A DNA stretch of 36,762 nt from Planctomycetota bacterium (GTDB taxonomy: Bacteria > Planctomycetota > B15-G4 > JADJEK01): contig JBGAIQ010000053.1 in the NCBI GenBank assembly GCA_044225365.1, positions 1 through 36,762 on the forward strand, written 5' to 3'. The notes beneath the pieces are model-generated. The model did not search any database, was not told the DNA's origin, and saw only the letters and a list, made by a program, of their open reading frames with translations. Below, one piece after another: positions 25,493 through 35,091 of the stretch. The translations under genes and the position numbers were made by a program. How positions within the stretch are numbered: position 1 is the stretch's first letter; the number at the start of each line of letters is the position of its first letter.

Positions 25493-27373
25493 TCATCCCA
25501 CGAACCTTCGCTCGAGCGAGCGATCGGCGAACGTGACGTCCGCGGGGTGACACAGCGTCTCGAACGCGAGCAGCAGCGAATCGATCCCCTCGGGAATCTC
25601 GCCGACGATCCTCGCGCCGGGTTCGTCGACTCCGAGGCGACTGCCGCGCTCGAAGGCTTCCTCCGCATTCATCTCGCGATACACGGGGATTTCGGCCCGT
25701 ATCGCCTCGATCCAATCCTCGCCGAATTCTCGCCCTCGTTCGAGGACGAGCGTGATGCGGCGCCCCGGGTCCTCGCCCGCGAGTAGGGCCGAGCGGCAGG
25801 CGTAGCCCTTGGGTTCGGCTTCGAGTTCGCGGCGGATGAAATCGAGGAGATTCGTCGGGAACGGCCGATGGGGCGCGAGGACGACATCGAGGATCGAGTA
25901 CGGATCGACGGCGATTCGCTGGCGAATCGCGAGCGCGATCGCGTCGCGGTGAGCCCACAGGTCGTTCGCGCGGAACCAGAGCGCGAAGTGCGCGGCGCCG
26001 GGACGCGAGCACTCGGTCGTCCGCTGCGCGGGATCGTCGAGATCGATCTTCAGGACGTCGTGAATGCTCGGGTCGCGATCGCAGAGGAACGGTCGAGGCA
26101 CTTCGTCGAGCCTGCGGTCGAGTCTTTCCTCGGCCAGAGCGAGGAGCTCGTCGATCGTCGATTCGTCGAGCGTCGCGGTCCTGCGCACGCGGTAGGGCGG
26201 ACGAGGGTCGTACTCGATCCCTTCCGCGACGGCGTTCGCACGCAATTCCGTTCCGGGCAGGATCTGCAGCGGAAACACCTGGGCGTAACGGCCGAGGCGC
26301 TCGGCTCTCAGGAACTCGATCCCGGCGACGACGTGTTCGCGCGCGTCGCCCGGCAGTCCGACGATGAGATCGATCAGGAGGTCGATGCCGCGAGCCTCGA
26401 GCAGATGCGCTGCCTTGGCGACGAGATCCTTGTTGCCACCGCGCCGGGTCCTCGCGAGAGCGATCGGATTGACCGATTGGAGCCCGATCTCGAGCTTGTA
26501 GAACCCGGCCTGTGCGAGCAAGTCGGCGTGCAGCTCGGTGAGACCTTCGGCGCGCACCTCCCCGAAGAATCGGAGTCGATGGTCGCGATTGACCTCGGCG
26601 ATCGCGCGCAGCAGTTCTTCGAAGTTCGGTCGATGATTGAATGTCGGGTCGAGGAAGACGATCTCCCGTGCGCCGTGCTCCGCGAGGTCGGCGATCAGCT
26701 CGACGCTCGACTTCACGTCGAGCGCACGCAGGACGGCCGAGCTTCTTGGGTAGAAGCAGAAGCTGCAATGCGAGCGGCAGCCGCGCACCGTCTCGACGTA
26801 GGCGGCCCGCCGCGGGTCGACCGCGATTGCATTCGCGAGATATGGCGAAGGGAACTTCGTGAGCGCGAAGCTCGGCGCGTCCGCGGCCTTGAACGGCGAG
26901 AGACCCTGCGCGCCGCGCACGGCGACGCCCGGCAACCCGCCCGCGCATCGGTCCTGCGCCAGTCGTTCGAGCACCCGAGGGAAGATCTCCTCGGCTTCGC
27001 CCGTGACCGCGATGTCGAACCCGTTCGACGCGAGGAGAAAAGCATTGTCGGGCGCGACCTCCGGGCCTCCGACCAGGATCTTGGTGGAGGGTGACCGGCG
27101 CTTCACCTCGCGGGCGACGTGAAGGCTGCGCTCGGTGTTCCACAGGTAGAGCGAGAAACCGACGGCGGCCGGCTCACCGCGCGCGAGTTCCTCTGCGAGC
27201 AGCGTGTCCCCGAGCGATTCGATCGCATCGACGTCGATCATCGAGATCGTCGTGCCGGGAAGCGACGCTTGCCGCCCCGCGACGACGAGACTCCCCGCCG
27301 CGAGCGGGACGTTGCCGCTCGGCGAGAATCGCGCGACCTGCGGAATCGGGAGTTGGACGAGTTTGACGTGCAT
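25493..27373 (-). CDS. Cobalamin-binding domain radical SAM protein
   Basis: N-terminal B12-binding Rossmann motifs (VGFSLYLWN, VGGPEV, GEAEE); ETVRGCRSHCSFC; FLDPTFN; EIGLQS; DLIVGLPGD; LPGT. Confidence 0.92.
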   Translation of the reverse strand: MHVKLVQLPIPQVARFSPSGNVPLAAGSLVVAGRQASLPGTTISMIDVDAIESLGDTLLAEELARGEPAAVGFSLYLWNTERSLHVAREVKRRSPSTKILVGGPEVAPDNAFLLASNGFDIAVTGEAEEIFPRVLERLAQDRCAGGLPGVAVRGAQGLSPFKAADAPSFALTKFPSPYLANAIAVDPRRAAYVETVRGCRSHCSFCFYPRSSAVLRALDVKSSVELIADLAEHGAREIVFLDPTFNHRPNFEELLRAIAEVNRDHRLRFFGEVRAEGLTELHADLLAQAGFYKLEIGLQSVNPIALARTRRGGNKDLVAKAAHLLEARGIDLLIDLIVGLPGDAREHVVAGIEFLRAERLGRYAQVFPLQILPGTELRANAVAEGIEYDPRPPYRVRRTATLDESTIDELLALAEERLDRRLDEVPRPFLCDRDPSIHDVLKIDLDDPAQRTTECSRPGAAHFALWFRANDLWAHRDAIALAIRQRIAVDPYSILDVVLAPHRPFPTNLLDFIRRELEAEPKGYACRSALLAGEDPGRRITLVLERGREFGEDWIEAIRAEIPVYREMNAEEAFERGSRLGVDEPGARIVGEIPEGIDSLLLAFETLCHPADVTFADRSLERRFVG

Positions 27374-27511
27374 CAATTCAATCGGGTCGATCTGGCACGA
27401 ACTCTAAATGACGCCGACGGTGGCCCAACGGCGATTTCGCGAGGACCGCAAATCGACAGCGTTGGATCGTCGAGTATCTACGATGGCGCCGGATCGAAAC
27501 CGGAGCTCCAC

Positions 27512-28501
27512 GTGAACTCGAACCATCCGAAGGCCTCGAACATCCTCGTCGTCGGCGGTGGCGTCGTCGGAATGACGGCCGCGCTCCACCTCGCTGAATC
27601 CGATACGACAGGACGCTGCATCGAGCTGATCGCCGAGAAGATCGCGACGGAGAGCCTGTCGCGCGTCGCGGCGGCATCGTTCTACCCGTTCGCCGTCGAC
27701 CATCCGCACGTCGAGCGCTGGCTCGAATTCGGTCGCGCGAAGTACCTCGAACTCGCGAAGGACGCGGGCACCGGCATCGTGCTGCGCGAGGGCATGGAGA
27801 TCGCGGGGCGGAGGATCCACGCGAAGAACCCCGAGGGATTCCTGCTGCCGAGCCTGCAACGAGGCGACGGCGCGGACGACAACGCCCACTTCGTGCTCCC
27901 CATCATTGAACTACCGATCTACCTGCCGTATCTCCGCTCGCGCCTGGAAGCGCGAGGGGTGCGGATCACGCGTCGCCGCCTCGAGTCGATCGATGAGATC
28001 GGGGCGGATTCGATCGTGGTGAACTGCTCGGGATCGGAGGCGCGTCGTCTCACACCCGATCCGACGGTGAAACCGACGCTCGGACAACTCGTGCGAACGA
28101 GTTGCCCACTCGTCGATCGGTTCATGCTCGACGAACGTGAACCCTCGCGTCCGACGTACGTCGTGCCGCGATCGAACGACGTGGTGCTCGGCAGCTTCGA
28201 CCTGCCCTACGACGTCGACGTCCACGGATACGAGCCCCCGGGCGCCGATGACGAGCGGACGGCGGATATCCTGAAGCGGGCGACCGCACTCGACCCGCGC
28301 GTCGCGGACGCGAAGGTCCTCGAGGCCTACTGCGGCTTCCGGCCGCGGCGGCCGAAGGTACGAGTGGAGATCGATTCCGAGCGCCTCCATCGTGGCCGCC
28401 GCGTGATCCACGACTACGGCCACGGCGGCGGCGGCGTGACTCTGTCGTGGGGCTGCGCGCAGGAAGTGCTCGAACTCGCCCAATCCCTCGATCGGATGTG
28501 A
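27512..28501 (+). CDS. FAD-dependent D-amino acid oxidase family protein
   Basis: ILVVGGGVVG dinucleotide motif, VVNCSG, GFRPRR and HDYGHGGGGVTLSWGCA (DAO signature). GTG start after GGAG. Confidence 0.9.
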   Translation: MNSNHPKASNILVVGGGVVGMTAALHLAESDTTGRCIELIAEKIATESLSRVAAASFYPFAVDHPHVERWLEFGRAKYLELAKDAGTGIVLREGMEIAGRRIHAKNPEGFLLPSLQRGDGADDNAHFVLPIIELPIYLPYLRSRLEARGVRITRRRLESIDEIGADSIVVNCSGSEARRLTPDPTVKPTLGQLVRTSCPLVDRFMLDEREPSRPTYVVPRSNDVVLGSFDLPYDVDVHGYEPPGADDERTADILKRATALDPRVADAKVLEAYCGFRPRRPKVRVEIDSERLHRGRRVIHDYGHGGGGVTLSWGCAQEVLELAQSLDRM

Positions 28502-28505
28502 TCCC

Positions 28506-29921
28506 ATGAAGCTCGGAGTGACGTCGCGGTTCGCGTTCCTTCTCCTTGCCCTCTGCGCCGGGGGCGTCGTCGGATGCAAGGCCACGTACTCCGATCGTGT
28601 CGGGCAGTATCGCTACGCCTATCGCTCGAGCCAATTCGAACTCGCGGACCGCATCCTCGACGACATCCTGCTCGAGGACGCGAAGATCGACGGCGCCCTC
28701 GCCGCGGACGCGATTCGCCTCGCCGAGCAACCCGAGATCTCGGAGCACGATGCCTGGCTCCTCCTCCTCGAGAAGGGAATGACGCGGCTCGCGCTCGACG
28801 ATGTGAAAGGTGCGCAAGCGCTCTTCGAGCGCGCGAGGATCGAACTCGATCGGCACTGGGAGTCGTCGGCGACCGACTACCTGGAATCGACGATCCTCGA
28901 CGACACCTATCGCGCGTATCGAGGCTACGACCACGAAGTGCTGCTCGTGCGCGTCATGCTCGCGCTCTGCGATCTTCTCGAGGGTAGCGGCCGCGCGATG
29001 GAGAAGGCGGCCGACATCTCGCGCACGCAGCAGGCGCTGCTCGATCATGGTTTCGGCGCCGAGAGCGGCTACGACTATCGTGCGCTCTATCCCCGCATCG
29101 CGCTCGGTTCCTACCTCGAAGGAACGATCCTCGAGTCCAAGGGCATGCAGACGGAGGCGAAGCGCGCCTATCGAACGGCCCGCGACGATGGAGCGGACTT
29201 GAACATCCTGGCGGAAGCGCTTCGGCGTATCGACCGCGGCGCAGGCCCACGAAGGGATGTTGGCGTCGTCCACGTCATCGCGCTGCTCGGCGGAAGTCCG
29301 GCGCTCATCGAGACGCGACATGCACCGACCGAGGCCGCGCGCGCGCTCGCCGGCGTCGCGGTCATGATCGCCGCCGATGCGGGTTCGCCCGCGTGGCAGG
29401 TGCCGATCAAGGTTCCTCAGCTCTACGTCCCCGATGAGTTCGTCGCGCCGCTCTCGATCGAGACGCGTGGGATGAAGCCCGTCGTCACCGAGTCGATCAT
29501 CGATCTCAACGGACTCTTCCGCGAGGAACTCGATGCGATGATGCCGTGGGTGCTGGCGCGCGCGATGGTGCGGCGATCGCTCAAGGCCGCCGCGGCGGGC
29601 GTCCTCGAGCGCGTCGTCACGAGGAACGTCGGCGGCGACTTCGGCCCGACCGCGGGCTTCCTCGCCGGCGCAACCCTGAACATGGGAGCGACGGCCGTCG
29701 AGGACGCCGACACGCGATCGTGGACGTCTCTGCCGGCCCAGGTGCACGTCGGACGCCTCGAGCTCGCGCCCGGCGAGCACGAGATCTCGTTCGGTGCGCT
29801 TGGAAGGGCTCGGGTGACCGTTTCGGCGGGGAGTGACAGCTACGTCGTCGTGATTGAGCCCGCACCCGAAGCGCCCGCCGCGGTGCTCGTCGATCGCGCG
29901 TCGCGCTCGCCGCGTCCGTGA
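28506..29921 (+). CDS. TPR-like lipoprotein (COG3014-like)
   Basis: Lipobox VVG-C; helical N-terminal half with YRGYDHE; C-terminal ADTRSWTSLP...LAPGEH, which I recognise as typical of this family. Confidence 0.75.
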   Translation: MKLGVTSRFAFLLLALCAGGVVGCKATYSDRVGQYRYAYRSSQFELADRILDDILLEDAKIDGALAADAIRLAEQPEISEHDAWLLLLEKGMTRLALDDVKGAQALFERARIELDRHWESSATDYLESTILDDTYRAYRGYDHEVLLVRVMLALCDLLEGSGRAMEKAADISRTQQALLDHGFGAESGYDYRALYPRIALGSYLEGTILESKGMQTEAKRAYRTARDDGADLNILAEALRRIDRGAGPRRDVGVVHVIALLGGSPALIETRHAPTEAARALAGVAVMIAADAGSPAWQVPIKVPQLYVPDEFVAPLSIETRGMKPVVTESIIDLNGLFREELDAMMPWVLARAMVRRSLKAAAAGVLERVVTRNVGGDFGPTAGFLAGATLNMGATAVEDADTRSWTSLPAQVHVGRLELAPGEHEISFGALGRARVTVSAGSDSYVVVIEPAPEAPAAVLVDRASRSPRP

Positions 29922-29932
29922 TGCGTAAGTAG

Positions 29933-29968
29933 TCGAGTTTTCCTACGCATCGCGATCGATCTTTCCAA
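29933..29968. promoter_or_regulatory. Two tandem T-N11-A motifs (LysR-type operator candidate)
   Basis: TCGAGTTTTCCTA (29933-29945) and TCGATCTTTCCAA (29956-29968), 23 nt apart, upstream of the HPF-like gene. Confidence 0.35.
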
Positions 29969-30044
29969 TTGTTGAGCAGACGGATCGACCTATCGTTCCC
30001 TCCACGCTCGCGCATTGGTGCGCGAACGATGAAAGGAGCCCGTC

Positions 30045-30443
30045 ATGCGAATCGAATTCCGAACGAATGTTCTCGGTGCGCAGAAGCCGCTCGGTGAGCG
30101 CGCGCGAATCCGCCTCGAGGCCGCGCTCGACCGCTTCCGCGATCGGCTGTCTCACGTACGGATGCGATTGCTCGATGAGAACGGGGAGAAGGGCGGAGTC
30201 GACAAGCGTTGCTTCGTCCAGGTGGTGGGCCGGCGCGGTACGACCGCGCTCGTCACTTGCCGCGGGTTCGATGCCGAAGGACTGATCGACTCCGCAGCGG
30301 ATCGCGTCGGTCATCGCGTGTCCCGACTGTTCGAGCGGGATCGTGAGACGCGTCGCGGTGAGTCCTTCGACGGTCAACGCGACGAACATCGCAGAGCAAG
30401 AGGCGCGAGGGACGTCGAGAATGGTCAGCACGAGGGCGGATGA
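30045..30443 (+). CDS. HPF/RaiA (ribosomal S30AE) family ribosome-associated protein
   Basis: RLEAALDRF...V.MRLLDENGEKGGVDKRC pattern; AAAGGAG SD. Confidence 0.8.
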   Translation: MRIEFRTNVLGAQKPLGERARIRLEAALDRFRDRLSHVRMRLLDENGEKGGVDKRCFVQVVGRRGTTALVTCRGFDAEGLIDSAADRVGHRVSRLFERDRETRRGESFDGQRDEHRRARGARDVENGQHEGG

Positions 30444-30506
30444 GGATCGCATCTCCTGGGCAGGTCGATAGTCTCTGCACGTTCGCGCCCGTGTCGGAGA
30501 TCCTCA

Positions 30507-31061
30507 ATGACCGCGTCATCGCCCGCGTTCGACGAGTTCAGTATCGAGCAGCTCCTCGCTGCGATCGAGACGAAGAAGAAGTCGCGCCTCGGCGAGCTGC
30601 GCGCGAAGCAGACCGAGCTCACGAAGATGCTGCGGCGGATCGACGACGAACTCGCGGTCGTGACCACGGGCGCACGACCGCGCCGCCGCGGACGCCCGCC
30701 AAAGAATCCCTCGATCCCCCCGATCACCACGGCGTCCACACCGGGTCCGGCGCGCCGAGGGCGCCCACCCGGACGACCGGCTCGCGGCCCCGGTGAGGCG
30801 CCCACGATGGGGACTCTCGTGCTGGAGATGCTCGCCGCGGCCGGCGACGCCGCGATCTCGTTGACGGAGATGACGGGGCGATTGAAGGATCGCACCACGT
30901 CCGACAAACCGGGAATCATCATCTCCCAAGCCCTGATCCGCTTGAAGAAGGACGCCCTCGTCGAGTCGGCGGGACGCGGGCTCTATCGAGCGACGGCGGC
31001 CGGACGACAACGCGCCGCGCGATTGCAGGGGCGGACGGCTGTCCGCCCGTCGTTGGACTAA
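30507..31061 (+). CDS. Putative DNA-binding protein (coiled coil + AT-hook-like motifs + winged helix)
   Basis: Helical N-terminus; RRRGRPPK and RRGRPPGRP; C-terminal ISQALIRLKKDALVESAGRGLY. Confidence 0.7.
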   Translation: MTASSPAFDEFSIEQLLAAIETKKKSRLGELRAKQTELTKMLRRIDDELAVVTTGARPRRRGRPPKNPSIPPITTASTPGPARRGRPPGRPARGPGEAPTMGTLVLEMLAAAGDAAISLTEMTGRLKDRTTSDKPGIIISQALIRLKKDALVESAGRGLYRATAAGRQRAARLQGRTAVRPSLD

Positions 31062-31320
31062 ACGACCGTTCACGATTCCGCGTGGCCTGCGGCCGGCTGC
31101 GGAGCGCGGGGGTTTCATCGAGCCTCCTCTCCGACTCACCTTCAGCGGTATGCCCGATGGGACATCGGGCGCACAAACCGTGCGATCGCGTCCAACACGA
31201 AGTCGCACACCACGAGATCTTCGCGCGTTCGCGCGACCTTTCGAGATAGAACTTCCGCTACGCGCCGAGACGGGCGAATGCCGTCGACCCCGGCTGCGTT
31301 CGCGTGGAGTTTCGAACTCG

Positions 31321-32550
31321 ATGACCAGTGTGGCCGTGACCTCGGTGAAGCGCAGCCTGCTCGCCTTCTGCGCGTTCAATAGTTTCGCGGCCGGCGTGGC
31401 CACTCTTGGCATCTTCTTCCTGACGAAGAGCGCGTATGCGTTCACCGATCTCGAGAACTACGCGCTCGGCGTCCTTCTCGGCGTCACCTACATCCTAGGT
31501 GCGTTGTACGCCGGGAAGGTGACGCGGGCGCTCGAAGCGCGGTTTCCGCGCCTCACGCCGCGAGTGCAGCTCGGGATCCTCGTCGTCGTCCTTGCGGTCG
31601 ATCTCGCCACTCCCGCGCTCATCGGGATCAGCCCGGCCGGGCGCATCGCGGTGTGGATCTCCATCTCGTTGTTCTCGGTGCTGACCGGTGGACTTTGGCC
31701 GATCGTCGAGAGCTATCAGTCGGGAGGGATCCGGGGGAACGCGCTGCGATCGATGCTCGCGCGCTTCAATGTCACGTGGAGCGGGGCGAATGCGATCGCG
31801 ATGTGGATCATCGCGCCGTACGTCGAGCCCCATCCACTCCAAGTCCTGCTCGGGCTCGCCGTCATCCATCTGTCGAGCCTTCCCTTCCTGCGTTGGATTC
31901 CGACGCGTCCCGCGCGACATCTCGATACGCACGAGCCGCATCCTCCGAGCTACGAGCGGCTCCTCGTGGTGCATCGCATCCTGCTCGCGGCGGCGTACGT
32001 CGTGATGTATGCGCTGACGCCGTACCTCCCGAGCCTCTGCCAGCGATTGTTCGTCGATGCCGCATGGCAGACCCCGCTCGTCTCGATCTGGATGATCGTG
32101 CGCGTGCTCAGTTTCGCCGCGCTCGAGCGCTGGCAGGGCTGGCACGGGCGGCTCGCGACGGCCGTCGTCGGCAGCGCCCTTCTGCTCTTCGGCTTCGGAC
32201 TTGCCGTCCTGGCCCCCGATCACGCCCCGCGGTCGCTCGCGGTGCCCATGTTCGCCGTAGGTCTCACGGCCTTCGGGATCGGAATCGCGACCCTCTACAA
32301 CGCGGCATTGTACTACGCGCTCGCCGTGGGCTCGGCGGAGGTCGACGCGGGTGGCACGCACGAGTCGTTGATCGGAGTCGGCTACACGCTCGGGCCGCTT
32401 TGCGGGATCGCTGCCGCGGGTCTCGAGAAGGCGCGCTGGATCGTGGCGACGAGTAGGGATCCGGCGACGCTCCTCATCGTCGCACTCGTCTTCGCGGCCG
32501 GTCTCGTCGTCGCGCAGCAGGCCGCAGCACGGAGCGCATTGCATCGCTAA
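31321..32550 (+). CDS. MFS-like transporter
   Basis: About 12 hydrophobic segments in a 6+6 layout with a central loop; GGAG SD before ATG 31321. Confidence 0.8.
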   Translation: MTSVAVTSVKRSLLAFCAFNSFAAGVATLGIFFLTKSAYAFTDLENYALGVLLGVTYILGALYAGKVTRALEARFPRLTPRVQLGILVVVLAVDLATPALIGISPAGRIAVWISISLFSVLTGGLWPIVESYQSGGIRGNALRSMLARFNVTWSGANAIAMWIIAPYVEPHPLQVLLGLAVIHLSSLPFLRWIPTRPARHLDTHEPHPPSYERLLVVHRILLAAAYVVMYALTPYLPSLCQRLFVDAAWQTPLVSIWMIVRVLSFAALERWQGWHGRLATAVVGSALLLFGFGLAVLAPDHAPRSLAVPMFAVGLTAFGIGIATLYNAALYYALAVGSAEVDAGGTHESLIGVGYTLGPLCGIAAAGLEKARWIVATSRDPATLLIVALVFAAGLVVAQQAAARSALHR

Positions 32551-32626
32551 TACTCGAGCCGAGTTGGATAGGATCTCATGGATCGTCGATGGCCCGAAAA
32601 GGGCCGCACCGTACAGGAGAACGTCC

Positions 32627-32920
32627 ATGCCGATCATCACCGTCATCGCGACCGTCCGCGCCAAGGCGGGCTGTGAAGAGAAGGCGAAGAAGCTGCTCCT
32701 CGAACTCGTGGAAGCGACTCATCGGGAAGAGGGCTGCATCAACTACGACCTCCACCAGTCGATCGAATCGAAGGGCGAGTTCGTATTCCACGAGAACTGG
32801 AAGTCGAAGGATGCGCTCGACGCTCACATGAACGGCGCGAACCTGAAGTCGTACCGCGAGAAACTCGGGCCGCTGCTCGACGGCGAACCCGTGATCAAGC
32901 GTTTCGCCAAGATCGGCTGA
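32627..32920 (+). CDS. Antibiotic biosynthesis monooxygenase (ABM) / putative quinol monooxygenase
   Basis: EEGCINYDLHQ...FVFHENWKSKDALDAH; AGGAG SD. Confidence 0.9.
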   Translation: MPIITVIATVRAKAGCEEKAKKLLLELVEATHREEGCINYDLHQSIESKGEFVFHENWKSKDALDAHMNGANLKSYREKLGPLLDGEPVIKRFAKIG

Positions 32921-33007
32921 TTCGAGTTCCTCCGCGTGCAAGGAAGCGAGCCTGCAAGCCGCAGTCGCGGCACGCAGGCTCGTTTCACGAACGCGAACGA
33001 ATCGCGA

Positions 33008-33496
33008 TCACTTGCCCGGTGGCGGGCCGTTCGGCGTCGATCCGTCGGGAGCGTTCTGCGGTGGTGCGCTGCCGCTGAGATTCAGCTCCTTGCACACTTC
33101 GCTCACGATGAATCGACTCTCGCCCTCATCGCCGGTCAAACCGACGCTGATCTCGACGTACGAGTTGTAACCCTGATCCTCACCCTTGCGAACCTTGAGC
33201 GAGTAGGGCGAACGCATGCCGCCGGGCTTCTGGCCGTCGACGACCGCGGTCCAGGTGGGGGACGTATGAGTGGCCACGTTGACCAGCCCCATCCGCTTGA
33301 AGACGGTGTTCGCCGCGCGCGCGATCTCGTCGGGCGGCGCGGGGAGCGTGCCCTCGAGGTTGCGCATCGACTTCTTGAAATTCTCCTGAAGGCCGGAGAG
33401 CGGGGGGCCGTCCGGCTTCTTGTCACGGCAAGCCGTGCCGAAGCAAACCGTCGCGGCCAACGCGACCACCGACATGAACTGGTTCCATCTACGCAT
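33008..33496 (-). CDS. Small lipoprotein (DUF3568-like)
   Basis: GGAGG SD, lipobox GTA-C; C-terminal VEISVGLTGDEGESRFI resembles the DUF3568 pattern from memory. Confidence 0.6.
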   Translation of the reverse strand: MRRWNQFMSVVALAATVCFGTACRDKKPDGPPLSGLQENFKKSMRNLEGTLPAPPDEIARAANTVFKRMGLVNVATHTSPTWTAVVDGQKPGGMRSPYSLKVRKGEDQGYNSYVEISVGLTGDEGESRFIVSEVCKELNLSGSAPPQNAPDGSTPNGPPPGK

Positions 33497-33681
33497 CGAA
33501 AACCTCCCGGCGCGATAACGCCATCGACGCGCACATCGTAGATGGAGAACGACGAGCCGCAAGCAGCCGCTCGGAACTGCGTGGCGATCGCCGTGGCGAA
33601 GCGAACCGTTCGCCTTGGAACCGAATACGGAAGGGGATGTCGAACGAGCCTCGGTCGCTTACATTGACCCTCGTGATTCCC

Positions 33682-35091
33682 ATGATGAAACCAAAGCCCT
33701 CCGTGCGGTTCGCGGGCGAGGCCCTCCTCGTCGCACTGCTTCTATCCTCTTGCAAGAGCGAGTTGCCCCCGCTCGATCCGCCCCAAGCGAAGCTCTCTTC
33801 CCAGTGCTTCTTCGGCACCTCTCTCACCGGGGCGCAGCCCCTCACCGGGGACGGTCCGAGTGCAGCCGGGTTCGAACATTCCACCACTCTCCTCGTGAGC
33901 TGCCGTGCACATTGGTTCGAGTCCCAACCCGAACACCACCTGGAGCCGCTCTCGGAGCGAATCGAACGCTGTGTCGACTTGAACGACGCCGGCTCGCTCC
34001 ACGCCTCCGCGGCGCTCATCGAGTCGGCTTGGATCAGCGGGAGTGTCGACTCGAGCGGGACGTTCGACGAGATGGTGAAGAGCCATCCGCGTTCGGCCCC
34101 GCTCAGCGAGACGCAACCGGTCGCGGCTCCGCGCGGAGTGACCGTCGCCTTCGACAACTCCAGCGCGAACGCCGCGATCCAGAGGAAGGAGGGGGCGACC
34201 ACGACTCGCATCGAGGTCAGTCACCTCACCGCGCCCGATGCATCGGGAAACGAGCTCAAGGTGTCGCTGGTCATCGACGGCTACGTTCGCGAGGGCGACT
34301 CCGGCAATCCCGGCGACGACGAGGGCCTCGCCTTTCGTCGCGAAGTGATCGTGTTGAAAGACGTACCGCAACCCGGCAAGGCGCCCCTCGTGCTCCTGTT
34401 CAATCCGCGCGAGGTTCGGGGAGCGATTCTCCTCGAGATTCGCGCGGAGAGCGATCCGGGCACGGGCGACCTCGAAGCATGCTTCCAGCTAGCGAAGGCG
34501 GCCGGGATGGTCGCACCGATCGGTGCATCGCCCGATCCGCTCGCGAATCTCGCGAGTCTCGATTCGGAATATCGTCGCGGCGCACTCGCACGCCTCGCGA
34601 TCGCGACGACGGCTCCACTCACCACCGACTTCGCGATGGTCGCCGATGACGCTCGCATCGATGAGTTCGTCACCAAGCTCGGAGAGTCCCGCAAGGACAA
34701 GGGCCGTCCGACCGACGTTGCGCTCGAGCTCGAGAAAGCGACGTGGAAGTACCTCGCCGACCAGATGAGCGGAGCGAACTTCCCGCCGCGTCTCTCCTCG
34801 ATCGCCGTGGCGCATGCCGGAGAGGCCGGCCACTTCGCGGCGGTCCTCGAGGACGTCTCAGCCTCGGCGACGAGCGTCGAGGAGATCGAAGAGCGCTTCG
34901 TGTCGCAGAACCTGTCGTTGCTCGAGGATCGCAGTCCGTCGTCGCGCGTGCGTGCGAGGGATTGGCTCGCGACTCGCAAGATCACGATCGAGGGGTACGA
35001 CCCTCTCGGTTCGCTGGCCGACCGCAAGGCTGCATTGCGAGCACATGAGGACAAGGAAGCGGCAGCCGCGACGGAAGGAAGTGGGTCGTGA
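33682..35091 (+). CDS. Hypothetical lipoprotein with helical (HEAT-like) C-terminus
   Basis: MMKPK...LLVALLLSS-C lipobox; start could also be 33637; protein-like composition. Confidence 0.7.
   Translation: MMKPKPSVRFAGEALLVALLLSSCKSELPPLDPPQAKLSSQCFFGTSLTGAQPLTGDGPSAAGFEHSTTLLVSCRAHWFESQPEHHLEPLSERIERCVDLNDAGSLHASAALIESAWISGSVDSSGTFDEMVKSHPRSAPLSETQPVAAPRGVTVAFDNSSANAAIQRKEGATTTRIEVSHLTAPDASGNELKVSLVIDGYVREGDSGNPGDDEGLAFRREVIVLKDVPQPGKAPLVLLFNPREVRGAILLEIRAESDPGTGDLEACFQLAKAAGMVAPIGASPDPLANLASLDSEYRRGALARLAIATTAPLTTDFAMVADDARIDEFVTKLGESRKDKGRPTDVALELEKATWKYLADQMSGANFPPRLSSIAVAHAGEAGHFAAVLEDVSASATSVEEIEERFVSQNLSLLEDRSPSSRVRARDWLATRKITIEGYDPLGSLADRKAALRAHEDKEAAAATEGSGS

Noticed and set aside
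27374-27511. Cobalamin riboswitch upstream of the B12 radical SAM
   Set aside because: The spacer is short and I see no B12-box or other conserved riboswitch elements.
30516-31118. Minus-strand ORF starting MKPPRS after a GAGGAGG SD-like sequence
   Set aside because: Almost entirely antisense to the better-supported AT-hook/wHTH gene, and the product looks like a shadow frame.
33905-33940. tRNA-like GGTTCGAGTCC...CACCA
   Set aside because: Lies inside a lipoprotein CDS; no 5-bp T-stem or acceptor stem can be formed.
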